Shown in pieces: positions 28,449 through 37,748 of a stretch of DNA of 64,000 nt. Within the stretch, counting starts at the first letter, position 1, and each line of letters opens with the position of its first letter. The stretch comes from Myxococcota bacterium (GTDB lineage: Bacteria > Myxococcota_A > UBA796 > CAJQPC01). Where the stretch lies: positions 92,371 to 156,370 of the forward strand of contig JAZAMN010000016.1 of NCBI GenBank assembly GCA_036229005.1, read 5' to 3'. The translations under genes and the position numbers were made by a program. The notes beneath the pieces were generated by a model. That model made no database searches. It had not been told where the DNA came from and saw nothing but the letters and a program-made list of their open reading frames with translations.

Positions 28449-29366
28449 ATGCGTGTGGTCGTCACCGGAGGCGCGGGCTTCCTGGGCTCCTGGATCGTGG
28501 ACAAGCTCCGGGCCCGGGGAGACACGGTCGCTGTCCCCCGCAGCAAGGACTACGACCTGCGCCGCGCGGAGGCCTGCGAGGCCTTGATGCGTGACACAGA
28601 CCCCGAGTGGGTGATCCACGCCGCCGTGAACGGGGGAGGGATCGGATACATGCGCAGCCACGCCGCTGGGGTCATCCACGACAACGTGTTGATGTCCACA
28701 CACCTGATGGAGGCGGCTCGCATACACGAGGTGCGTCGATTTGTGGGGATCTCCAGCGTCTGCGCATACCCCCGCATCGTCCCCATCCCGATGCAGGAGC
28801 GGGACCTGTTCCAGGGCTACCCCGAGCCCAACAACGCCGGCTACGGGCTCTCCAAGCGCCTGATGATGGAGCACGGACGCGCCCTGCACGAGCAGTACGG
28901 CATGCAGTGTGTGTTCCCCATGCCCACGAACCTGTACGGCCCCCGCGACGACTTCGAGCCCGAGCGCAGCCACGTGGTGCCCGCGCTGATCCGCCGCTGC
29001 CTGGAGGCCAAGCAGGCCGGCGCTGCGTCCATCACCGCCTGGGGCACCGGCGCGGCCACCCGCGAGCTGCTGTATGTGGAGGACTGCGCGGACGCGGTGA
29101 TCGCGATGGCCGAGCGCTGGGAGGGTCCCGAGCCCGTGAACATCGGCAACGGCGAGGAGTTCACCATCAAGCGCCTGGTGGAGACCATCGCCCGGCACAC
29201 CGGCTTTGAGGGCGAGATCCTCTGGGACACCACCAAGCCCGACGGGCAGCCCCGCAAGTGCCTGGACACCTCGCGGGCGGCCCAGGAGCTGGGCTGGAGC
29301 GCCCAGGTGGACCTGGACACCGGCCTGCGCCGCACCATCGACTGGTACCTGGAGACCCGCCCGTGA
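28449..29366 (+). CDS. GDP-L-fucose synthase family (Fcl/ColC)
   Basis: VTGGAGFLGS, GGIG, SSVCAYP, YGLSKR, PTNLYGP, SHVVPALIR, WGTGAATRE, KPDGQPRK. Confidence 0.92.
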   Translation: MRVVVTGGAGFLGSWIVDKLRARGDTVAVPRSKDYDLRRAEACEALMRDTDPEWVIHAAVNGGGIGYMRSHAAGVIHDNVLMSTHLMEAARIHEVRRFVGISSVCAYPRIVPIPMQERDLFQGYPEPNNAGYGLSKRLMMEHGRALHEQYGMQCVFPMPTNLYGPRDDFEPERSHVVPALIRRCLEAKQAGAASITAWGTGAATRELLYVEDCADAVIAMAERWEGPEPVNIGNGEEFTIKRLVETIARHTGFEGEILWDTTKPDGQPRKCLDTSRAAQELGWSAQVDLDTGLRRTIDWYLETRP

Positions 29367-29989
29367 GCCTCTGGCCCGCCGACCCCGCCCCCCGCCGCCT
29401 GGACCCCACGCAGGGTCCCCGGGCGGAGATCTACCGCCACTTCCGCGGCTTCAGCCGGCCCCAGTTCACCCTCTGCGGGCGCATCCAGGTGGGGCTCACC
29501 GGTCGGGAGCGCTTCGGCGGGATGCTCTGGGGTGTCCTCGCCGCCGCCAACGCGGTCCCCGAGCTGCGTCAGCGCATCGTGGTGCGTGACGGTGAGGAGC
29601 GGATCGAAGAGCACGCCCAGGTCCACTCCACCTGCACCATCGCCACGGAGGAGGGCGGGTTCGTGTTCTGCCCCTTCCCCCACAACCCCGACCGGGCCGC
29701 CTTCCTGGACGCGCTCACCCCGAGCATCCAGGCCGCCCAGGCGCGCGGCACGCTGATGCCCCAGGGCCCCCTGCCCGACAACCTGCTCTACCTGAGCACC
29801 GTCCCCTGGGTGGACCTCAGCGGCGTGGAGCACGCGTCGACCGGCGACCCCCTGGACTGCGTGCCGCGCATCGTCTGGGGGCGCGTCGAGGGCGGGAGCG
29901 TCGGGGTCTGCGTGACCGCGCACCACGCGCTGGTGGATGGGCGACACATCGGCCGCTTCCTGCAGGAGCTGGAGCGGCGCGTCAACTGA
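29363..29989 (+). CDS. CatA-like O-acetyltransferase
   Basis: YLSTVPW, VPRIVWG, HHALVDGRH (CAT active-site motif); GTGA overlap with the upstream gene. Confidence 0.85.
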   Translation: MSLWPADPAPRRLDPTQGPRAEIYRHFRGFSRPQFTLCGRIQVGLTGRERFGGMLWGVLAAANAVPELRQRIVVRDGEERIEEHAQVHSTCTIATEEGGFVFCPFPHNPDRAAFLDALTPSIQAAQARGTLMPQGPLPDNLLYLSTVPWVDLSGVEHASTGDPLDCVPRIVWGRVEGGSVGVCVTAHHALVDGRHIGRFLQELERRVN

Positions 29990-30470
29990 CCATCAGCGCG
30001 CCGATCGCGGCGGCTCCGACGACCAGCAGCAGCGTCGCCATCACCATCGCCGTGCGCGTGCGGCTGGGCTGTGCGGCGGCCCGGAGCTGCGACTCCGAGC
30101 TCAGCAGAGCCACCTGCAGCTCCTCCTCCAGCGCCTCCAGCGGCCCCTGTCCCCCAGAGCCCGCCGCGCCCATGGCCAGCGCCGCGTAGATCTGCAGCGG
30201 ATCGCTGGTCTCGAAGGCCAGCCGGGGCCCGTGCCCGCCACCCCCCGGCTCCAGAACGCGGGCCACCATGTGTACCGAAGGCCCGCTGCCCAGGCGCAGA
30301 CGCAGCGCGATGGGCGCGTCCGGGTCCAGCAAGGGCTCCGGCTTGTGGAGCTGCAGCCCCTCGGCGTCCACGCTCAGCTCCCGCCAGGCGCCTGCGGCGA
30401 GCCCCTGGTGCCAGGCGGCGACCAGCTCATCTGGGCGGGGTCGGTGGGGTCTGGGCGGGCGGGGGGACAT
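29982..30470 (-). CDS. Hypothetical protein, possibly a degenerate PilZ-like barrel with a C-terminal TM anchor
   Basis: RELSVDAEGL...LRLRL...VARV...LAF pattern; hydrophobic C-terminus. Confidence 0.5.
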   Translation of the reverse strand: MSPRPPRPHRPRPDELVAAWHQGLAAGAWRELSVDAEGLQLHKPEPLLDPDAPIALRLRLGSGPSVHMVARVLEPGGGGHGPRLAFETSDPLQIYAALAMGAAGSGGQGPLEALEEELQVALLSSESQLRAAAQPSRTRTAMVMATLLLVVGAAAIGALMVS

Positions 30471-30561
30471 CGCCCCAGAGAGCGGAACAGCGCCCCCGAG
30501 GCTTGAGGGGCGGTGGCGCCGGGAGGGCAAAAGGGTGATGCTCTCGGAGAAGGAGCCGCCC

Positions 30562-31956
30562 ATGAGCCACGCAGAACAGGTCGCCGCCCGCGCCGATCGA
30601 GCCTTCCAGGACAGCGTCGCGCGGCTCTCGACCTACCTGGAGATCCCGGCGATCTCCTGCGAGCCCGCCCGCTTCGACGACGTCCGCGCCCTGGCCGCCC
30701 GCATCCGCGAAGACCTGGAGTCCCTGGGCCTGGAGCGCGCCCGCGTGCTGGAGCTGGAGGGCGCGCTGCCCTGCGTCGCCGCCGAGTGGATGCAGGCCGG
30801 TCCCGACGCCCCCACCGTGCTGGTCTACGGCCACCTGGACCTGCAGCCGGTGAACCTGGCCAACTGGCACACGGACCCGCACAAGGCCGTGGTCAAGGAC
30901 GGCCGCCTCTACGCGCGCGGGGCCGCCGACGACATGGGCGGCTGGGTCTCCCACATGGCGGCGGTGAAGGCCTGGATGGACCAGACCGGCGGCCTGCCCT
31001 GCAACCTGCGGCTGCTCATCGAGGGAGAAGAGGAGATCGGCTCCCCCAACCTGGAGCGCTTCATGGACGCGTTCCCGGAGGCCTTCGAGGCGGACGTGAT
31101 GATCCTCACGGACTGCGAGAACCCCAGCACCCAGGTCCCCGGCCTCACGGTCAGCCTGCGCGGCCTGCTGGAGCTGGAGGTCACCTGCAAGGCCCTGTCC
31201 GCCGACGGCCACTCCGGTCTGTGGGGCAACATGGTGCCCGACCCCTGCATCGCCCTGGTGCAGCTCATCGCGCGCATCGTGGACGAGGACGGCCGCCTCA
31301 CCATCGGTCGGGTTGAGGTCCCCCAGGCCTGGGCCGAGGGCTCCAAGCGGGTGCCGCTCAACGACGCCGTGATCACCGAGGGCGCCCACCTGCTGGAGGG
31401 CGTGAGGCCGCTCCCCGGGAGGGGCAAGACGCCTGCGGAGTGGATGTGGCGCCAGCCCGCCGTGACCATCGTCGCGACCACCCTGCCCAGCGAGGCCCAG
31501 AAGAAGAACGCGATCCGCTCCCAAGCCAGCGCGACCCTCTCCGTGCGGGTGCCTCCGGGGGTTGAGCCGGCGGATCTCTACGCGCAGATCTCGGCCCACC
31601 TCACCCAGACCCCGACCCCCCAAGGCGTCCTGGTCACCGTGCGCGAACGAGGACACGCTGGGCACGGCTGGCTGTACGAGCCCAAGGGCCCCGCCTTCGA
31701 GGCCGCCGACCGCGCCTACCAGAAGACCTGGGGCCACCCGCTGGTGCAGGTGGGCGTGGGCGGCTCGATCCCCTTCGTGGCGCTCTTTGGGCGGCGCTTT
31801 GGGGACCTGCCGCTGATCCTGAACGGCGTGATGGACCCGAACACCACCGCGCACGGCCCCAACGAGTCCATGGACCTGGGCATCTTCCGCAAGGCCATCG
31901 CGGCGAACGTGCACCTGTACGCGGAGCTGGGCACGCTGGGCAAGGCCGGCCTGTGA
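30562..31956 (+). CDS. M20/M25/M40 metallopeptidase (dipeptidase-like)
   Basis: YGHLDLQP, ARGAADDMG, EGEEEIGS, LRG, GGSIPF, AHGPNES; AGGAG RBS. Confidence 0.93.
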   Translation: MSHAEQVAARADRAFQDSVARLSTYLEIPAISCEPARFDDVRALAARIREDLESLGLERARVLELEGALPCVAAEWMQAGPDAPTVLVYGHLDLQPVNLANWHTDPHKAVVKDGRLYARGAADDMGGWVSHMAAVKAWMDQTGGLPCNLRLLIEGEEEIGSPNLERFMDAFPEAFEADVMILTDCENPSTQVPGLTVSLRGLLELEVTCKALSADGHSGLWGNMVPDPCIALVQLIARIVDEDGRLTIGRVEVPQAWAEGSKRVPLNDAVITEGAHLLEGVRPLPGRGKTPAEWMWRQPAVTIVATTLPSEAQKKNAIRSQASATLSVRVPPGVEPADLYAQISAHLTQTPTPQGVLVTVRERGHAGHGWLYEPKGPAFEAADRAYQKTWGHPLVQVGVGGSIPFVALFGRRFGDLPLILNGVMDPNTTAHGPNESMDLGIFRKAIAANVHLYAELGTLGKAGL

Positions 31957-32873
31957 GGGCAGCGGTGGCCACCCTGGGGCTGCTGTCGCTGGCCGGCTGC
32001 CTGGAGCGCACCACCGGCGAGCCGGCGGCGCTGGATCCGCGCTTCACGGCGGGGGAGAGCGAGGGGCCCACGCAGATCGAGCACGACCCGAACGCGGGGC
32101 CCACGGCCCCCTTCGGCCAGGTGGAGGGGCCGACCGTGGTGGTCCGGGGCAGCCTGACCTCGTCGATGGAGGGATCTGTTGATCTTGACGTGATGACTCT
32201 GGCGCCCGGGACGGAGGCCGGGGTTGAGCTCGTGGGCAAGATCCTCTTCCCCTCCCTGGGAGACTTCGAGCTGGAGCTGCCCCAAGGGGAGGGCACGGTG
32301 ATCCTGCAGTTCTTCCAGGACATCGGCCCATCGGGGCCCGACGACGGCGACCCCTTCCTGGGCACGCAGGTGGTGGTGGAGGACCAGGATCTGGACCTGG
32401 GCGAGCTGGAGCTGGTGGTGGGGGCCCGGGCGACGACCACGGTGGCGGCGGCGCGCAGCCACGTGTTCCCGGACCACGACGGCGCCTGGACGCTGCTGGA
32501 GGGCGAGGTGGTGGCCGAGCGCAAGCTCCCCATCGCGGTGGACCTGCGGCGGCCGGACCCCAGCAGCCAGACCGGCGACGCGTTCATCGGGAAGGAGCAG
32601 CTCCCGGCGCCTGGACGCTTCGCGATCCCGGTCCCCCAGGGCAGCGGCAGGCTCACCCTGCAGTTCTTCCAGGACGCCGGCGGGGACGGGCCCAGCCCGG
32701 ATGACCCCTTCGCGCAGGTCCAGGTCGAGGTGGATGACCAGGACCGGATGGAGCTGGAGGTGGTGCTGCAGAGCATGGCGAGCACCGCGCCCACCCCCGG
32801 GCAGCCCGGGACCCCGACGCAGCCGGCGCCGGGGACCCCAGAGCAGCAAGGGGCCGCCGAAGCGACCCCTTGA
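31953..32873 (+). CDS. Lipoprotein with an internally duplicated beta-rich domain
   Basis: LSLAGC lipobox; F..PQG.G...LQFFQD.G..GP...DPF occurs twice. Confidence 0.75.
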   Translation: MRAAVATLGLLSLAGCLERTTGEPAALDPRFTAGESEGPTQIEHDPNAGPTAPFGQVEGPTVVVRGSLTSSMEGSVDLDVMTLAPGTEAGVELVGKILFPSLGDFELELPQGEGTVILQFFQDIGPSGPDDGDPFLGTQVVVEDQDLDLGELELVVGARATTTVAAARSHVFPDHDGAWTLLEGEVVAERKLPIAVDLRRPDPSSQTGDAFIGKEQLPAPGRFAIPVPQGSGRLTLQFFQDAGGDGPSPDDPFAQVQVEVDDQDRMELEVVLQSMASTAPTPGQPGTPTQPAPGTPEQQGAAEATP

Positions 32874-32905
32874 ACGGGTCCGGAGACCCGCGACCGAGCG
32901 GAAGC

Positions 32906-33184
32906 TCAGTCCTTGAAGACGGCGTTGAGGAACTCGAGGCCGTTCTCGTTCTCACCGATGGACTGGCCGCTCTGCAGCTTCTGGCCGAGCAGGTAGGCGT
33001 CGTAGGCGGTGATCAGGGGAATGATGAAGCCGATGCCGATGCAGCTCAGCACGATGGTGGCCACCAGGGAGATGATGCCCTTCTTCTGCTGACCCATCAT
33101 CAGGTAGCCGACGCCACCCAAGAGGAAGAAGTTCAGCGCTGCGGGGACGATGGGGTTGGTATCGGGCTTGGAGATCTCACCCAT
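32906..33184 (-). CDS. Small membrane protein (TM2-like)
   Basis: ALNFFLLGGVGYLMMGQQKKGI, two hydrophobic segments; AGGAG upstream. Confidence 0.8.
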   Translation of the reverse strand: MGEISKPDTNPIVPAALNFFLLGGVGYLMMGQQKKGIISLVATIVLSCIGIGFIIPLITAYDAYLLGQKLQSGQSIGENENGLEFLNAVFKD

Positions 33185-33348
33185 GGGACTCGCTCCTGTC
33201 GGGGGGTTGCGGGGCGGAGTTTCCCCCGCGTGCGCCGAGACTATGCCAGGGAGATTCAGCGGGCAAGGGGGAGAGCCACCAAACACGGGGAGAGCTGCGG
33301 ATGATAGACTTGCGCTCGCTCTGCCCAAGGCAGATGGAAGGAGTCAGG

Positions 33349-34971
33349 ATGCGACGCCCCGAATCCCCTCTCATGGGGGCCATGTTGCTGGGCCTGCTTG
33401 GCCTGGCGGTCTCGCCGGACGCGCAGGCGGCACGGGTCGCCAACCGACAGGGTGACGTGGTCATCACCGAGATCATGGTGAGCCCGGAGAACGGCATCGC
33501 CGACTACCGCGGCCAGTGGTTCGAGATCCGCAACGTGTCCGATGAGCTGCTGTTCCTGGAGGGCCTGCTGATCGAGGACTCGGACGGCGGCTCCATCAGC
33601 CTCCCCCCCAGCACGGGCCTGCAGCTCGCCGTGGGGGACCACCTGGTGCTGGGCGTGAACGACCAGAACACCGACTCGAGCGCCAGCGACTTCAACGGCG
33701 GCATCGAGATCGACATCCTCTACAGCTACTTCTCCGACCTGTCCCTGCAGTCGGACGCCGACTCCCTGACCATCACCCACGTGGGCTCGGGCGCGGTGCT
33801 GGACACGGTGGTCTGGGACAATAGCTGGGGCATCCCCTCGGGGGCCAGCCTGCAGGCCGGTCCCCAGGCGCTCTACGAGTGGCCCAACGACCTGGCCCAC
33901 AACTGGTGCGCGTCGGCCAAGTACATCCCCCCCAAGGGGCTCAAGGGCACCCCCGGCGAGGACAACGAGCCCTGCAGCGGCGCGGGCGACGACACCGACG
34001 GGGACGGCTACTCCGAGAGCCAGGGCGACTGCGATGACACCGACCCGGACATCCACCCTGGCGTGATCGACGGCGCGGGCGACCAGCAGGTGCGCGGCCT
34101 GGACACCCCCGGGGACACCAGCGATGACGTCTACGCCTACCTGAGCGACCCCGACGACGACGCCGACTGCGACGGCATCCGGGACGACGGCCTGACCGAC
34201 GACGACGGCGACGGCTACGCCGAGGTCGATGGCGACTGCGACGACGAGTACTTCTACGTGAACCCCGGGCAGTCCGAGGGCAAGAACGCCGACGGCGTGG
34301 ACGACGACTGCAACTGCTGGATCGACGACGTGGACCAGGACGGGGACGGCTTCACCACCCTGGAGGCCTCCACCTACGACATCACCGGCCTGAACGAGGC
34401 CATGTGCCAGACGGCCGCGGAGACCGACTGCCTGGACGCCTCGGACGACATCGGGGTGACCGGCAACCCCAAGCTCATCAACCCGGACGCCGAGGAGATC
34501 CCCTACGACGGGATCGACCAGGACTGCGACGGCGAGGACCTCTGCGATGTGGACGGGGACACCTACGACTCCGAGGAGTGCGGGGGCCTGGACTGCAACG
34601 ACGACAACGACAACGTGCACCCCGGCGTGCCGGACGCGAGCGCCGACCCTGACGGCGTGGACAACGACTGCGACGGCATCATCGACAGCCCCGACCGCGA
34701 CGGCGACGGCTTCGGGGTGAACGAGGGCGACTGCGACGACGAGGACATGGACATCAACCCCGGCGTCGAAGAGCGCTGCGATGACATGGTCGACAACAAC
34801 TGCGACGGCTGGATCAACGAGGGCTGCGACTACCCCGCCCTGACCGCCTCCATGTCGGGTGGCTCGCTGATCCCCTGGGGCTGCTCGGTCAGTCCGGGCT
34901 CAGCGGGGGGAGGGGCCTTTGTGATGGCCCTGGCACTGGCCGCGGCGCTGCGTCGCCGGAAGGAGGGCTGA
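33349..34971 (+). CDS. Cell-surface protein: lamin-tail domain, Cys/Asp-rich metal-binding repeats, MYXO-CTERM-like tail
   Basis: VVITEIM...QWFEIRN...GTPGEDN (LTD); repeated DxDGDG...GDCDD...NPG...DGxDNDCDG; GCSV...hydrophobic...RRRK. Confidence 0.85.
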   Translation: MRRPESPLMGAMLLGLLGLAVSPDAQAARVANRQGDVVITEIMVSPENGIADYRGQWFEIRNVSDELLFLEGLLIEDSDGGSISLPPSTGLQLAVGDHLVLGVNDQNTDSSASDFNGGIEIDILYSYFSDLSLQSDADSLTITHVGSGAVLDTVVWDNSWGIPSGASLQAGPQALYEWPNDLAHNWCASAKYIPPKGLKGTPGEDNEPCSGAGDDTDGDGYSESQGDCDDTDPDIHPGVIDGAGDQQVRGLDTPGDTSDDVYAYLSDPDDDADCDGIRDDGLTDDDGDGYAEVDGDCDDEYFYVNPGQSEGKNADGVDDDCNCWIDDVDQDGDGFTTLEASTYDITGLNEAMCQTAAETDCLDASDDIGVTGNPKLINPDAEEIPYDGIDQDCDGEDLCDVDGDTYDSEECGGLDCNDDNDNVHPGVPDASADPDGVDNDCDGIIDSPDRDGDGFGVNEGDCDDEDMDINPGVEERCDDMVDNNCDGWINEGCDYPALTASMSGGSLIPWGCSVSPGSAGGGAFVMALALAAALRRRKEG

Positions 34972-34974
34972 GCC

Positions 34975-36768
34975 ATGCTGATCACGCTGCTCATGGGCGC
35001 CGCGACCGCCCAGGATGGAAGCCTGGACATCGACCAGTTCAAGCCGGCCTCCGACCACTACGGCTACACCACCACCCACTCCGCGGAGACCCTGGGCCAC
35101 CTGCAGCTCGGCGTGGGCATCTGGGCCAACTACGCCAACGACCCCCTGGTGCTGCGCGACTCCGCCGGCAACCGCGTGGGCATGCTCCCGGACGGCAGCG
35201 GCTCCCCCATCGAGGGCCGCTTCGCGGGCAACGCCCAGCTCGGCATCGGCATCACCAACTTCGCGTCGATCTCCGCGGACCTGCCCATCGTGCTGTGGCA
35301 GGAGGGCTACGAGATCTCCGGGCTCAACGGGCTGCAGGACCCCACCTCCATCAAGTCCTCCGGCCTGGGCGACCTGCGCATCGTCCCCAAGATCGCGCCC
35401 CTGGACCGCGCTGAGCAGCCTCTGGGCGTGGCGCTGGTGGTCCCCGTGACCGTCCCCACCGGGGCGACCGAGGGCTTCCTGGGCGAGGGCGGCGTGACCG
35501 CCACCCCCACCGTCGCGGTCGAGTTCTCCGACGCCGCCATCTGGGACCGCAGCTACACCTGGAGGGCCGCGGTCAACCTGGGCTACCTGATCCGCCAGGG
35601 CGACCGCATGCGCGACGTCGAGGTCCCCTCGGCCCTGGTCTACAGCGCGGCCGTGGGCTTCCGTCCCAGCGAGCCCCTGGAGCTGGTGGCCGACCTGCAC
35701 GGCCAGTCCTACGGCTCGGCGCTGGTGCAGAACCCCCTGGAGCTGGACCTGGGCGTCAAGGTGCTGCCCGGCCGCTGGATCGCCCTGAACGCCGGCTTCG
35801 GCCTGGGCCTGATCCCTGGCCTGGGGGCCCCGGACTACCGCGGCTACCTGGGCCTGAGCGCGGCCCCCTCCTTCGACCCCAACGCCCGCGACAGCGACAG
35901 CGACGGCGTGCCCGACGGCGTGGACCGCTGCCCCAAGCACCCCGAGGACCTGGACGGCTGGCAGGACGAGGACGGCTGCCCCGAGTCGGACAACGACTCC
36001 GACGGCATCGAGGACCTGGTCGACCGCTGCCCGAACGACCCTGAAGACGACGACGGCTTCATGGACAACGACGGCTGCCCCGAGGACGACAACGACAAGG
36101 ACGGCATCCTGGACATCGACGACCGCTGCCCGGACGACCCCGAGTCGGTCAACGGCTTCGAGGATGAGGACGGCTGCCCCGACGAGGACCCGGCCAAGGA
36201 CTCCGACGGCGACGGGTTCGCCGACGGCGTGGACCGCTGCCCCTACGACGCCGAGGACCAGGACGACTTCGAGGACGACGACGGCTGCCCCGACGACGAC
36301 AACGACCGCGACGGCATCCTGGACGTCAACGACGCCTGCCCGGACGTGCGCGAGACCTTCAACGGCAACCAGGACGAGGACGGCTGCCCGGACGAGGGCC
36401 GCGTCGAGCTCAAGGCCGACAAGATCGAGATCTACGACAAGGTCTACTTCAACACCGGCAAGGCCACCATCAAGCAGGAGTCCCACAGCCTGCTGGACGA
36501 GGTCGCGGCGGTGATGAAGGGCAACCCCCAGCTCCTCCAGATCCGCATCGAGGGCCACACCGACTCCGACGGCAACGAGCTGAGCAACCTCAAGCTCTCG
36601 CAGGCCCGCGCGGAGGCTGTGCGCGCCTACCTGATCTCCCAGGGCGTGGAGCCCGAGCGCCTGGTGGCCGTCGGCCTGGGCGAGTCCATCCCGGTGGACA
36701 CCAACAACACCGAGGAAGGCAAGGCCAACAACCGCCGCGTCGAATTCCTCATCTCCAAGCAGGAGTAG
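34975..36768 (+). CDS. Outer-membrane barrel + thrombospondin type-3 repeats + OmpA domain (TraB-like architecture)
   Basis: GLGDLRIVPK barrel region; repeated DxDGxxDxxDRCP...EDxDGxxDxDGCP; IEGHTD, LSQARAEAV, NRRVEF. Confidence 0.92.
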   Translation: MLITLLMGAATAQDGSLDIDQFKPASDHYGYTTTHSAETLGHLQLGVGIWANYANDPLVLRDSAGNRVGMLPDGSGSPIEGRFAGNAQLGIGITNFASISADLPIVLWQEGYEISGLNGLQDPTSIKSSGLGDLRIVPKIAPLDRAEQPLGVALVVPVTVPTGATEGFLGEGGVTATPTVAVEFSDAAIWDRSYTWRAAVNLGYLIRQGDRMRDVEVPSALVYSAAVGFRPSEPLELVADLHGQSYGSALVQNPLELDLGVKVLPGRWIALNAGFGLGLIPGLGAPDYRGYLGLSAAPSFDPNARDSDSDGVPDGVDRCPKHPEDLDGWQDEDGCPESDNDSDGIEDLVDRCPNDPEDDDGFMDNDGCPEDDNDKDGILDIDDRCPDDPESVNGFEDEDGCPDEDPAKDSDGDGFADGVDRCPYDAEDQDDFEDDDGCPDDDNDRDGILDVNDACPDVRETFNGNQDEDGCPDEGRVELKADKIEIYDKVYFNTGKATIKQESHSLLDEVAAVMKGNPQLLQIRIEGHTDSDGNELSNLKLSQARAEAVRAYLISQGVEPERLVAVGLGESIPVDTNNTEEGKANNRRVEFLISKQE

Positions 36769-36772
36769 ACCG

Positions 36773-37741
36773 ATGCTGTGGTGGCTGGCCGGGTGCACCG
36801 GCGCCATCGATCAGCCCCTGGACCCCTCGGACACCACCCCGGTGGTCTTCGAGGTCCCCAAGGGTGCGACCGCCGGGACCCTGGGTCCCAAGCTGGTCGA
36901 CGCCGGGCTGATCGGCGACGAGCTGAGCTGGAAGCTCTACCTCAAGCGGGACTCCGCGGGGTCCTGCCTCAAGGCGGGGCGCTTCGAGCTGTCCCGCGCC
37001 ATGAACATGCCCGAGATGATGGAGGCCATGTGCGGGGCCCCCATCGCGGAAGAGGTCCCGGTCACCCTGGTGGAGGGCTGGCGCCTGGGCGAGATCGACG
37101 CCGAGCTGTCCCGGCTGGGGCTGATCGCCGAGGGCAGCTACCTCTCGGCCGCGCAGGACCCCAGCCGCTTCACCCTGCCCGCCGGGATCGGAACGGTGAC
37201 CTCGCTGGAGGGACTGCTGCTCCCCGAGACGTACAGCGTGCCCAAGGATGGGGTGGAGGTGGACCAGCTCATCCAGCGGCAGATCGATCTGCTCGTCTCC
37301 CGCTTCGTGGAGCCCAACGCCGACGAGATCGCCAAGAGCGGCCGCAGCCTCTACGAGCTGATCATCGTGGCCTCGATGCTGGAGCGCGAGGAGCCCCGCC
37401 CCAGCAACCGCCCCCTGGTGGCCGGCGTGATGTGGAAGCGCCTGGACAACGCCTGGAACCTGGGGATCGACGCGACCAGCCGCTACACGCTGGACGACTG
37501 GAACGACCGCAAGGCCTTCCTGCGCCAGCTCCGGGACCCCGCGGACCCCTACAACACGCGCCTGCGCGCCGGGCTGCCCCCCACGCCCATCGGCAACCCC
37601 AGCGTGGAGAGCCTGGAGGCGGCCCTGCGGCCCGAGGGCAGCGAGTACTGGTACTACCTGCACGACAGCCAGGGGAACCTGCACCCGGGGCGCTCGCTCG
37701 CGGAGCACAACGCCCTCAAGGCCAAACACGGCGTCTACTGA
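36773..37741 (+). CDS. mltG: Endolytic transglycosylase MltG
   Basis: LKAGRF, TLVEG, LEGLLLPETY, ASMLERE, YNTR..GLPPTPIGNP, YYLH. Confidence 0.92.
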   Translation: MLWWLAGCTGAIDQPLDPSDTTPVVFEVPKGATAGTLGPKLVDAGLIGDELSWKLYLKRDSAGSCLKAGRFELSRAMNMPEMMEAMCGAPIAEEVPVTLVEGWRLGEIDAELSRLGLIAEGSYLSAAQDPSRFTLPAGIGTVTSLEGLLLPETYSVPKDGVEVDQLIQRQIDLLVSRFVEPNADEIAKSGRSLYELIIVASMLEREEPRPSNRPLVAGVMWKRLDNAWNLGIDATSRYTLDDWNDRKAFLRQLRDPADPYNTRLRAGLPPTPIGNPSVESLEAALRPEGSEYWYYLHDSQGNLHPGRSLAEHNALKAKHGVY

Positions 37742-37748
37742 GCGGCGC

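Noticed and set aside
33980..36400. DNA repeats (GACGGCTGCCCC, GACGACGAC...) as a non-coding array
   Set aside because: They are in-frame codons of Asp/Cys-rich protein repeats.
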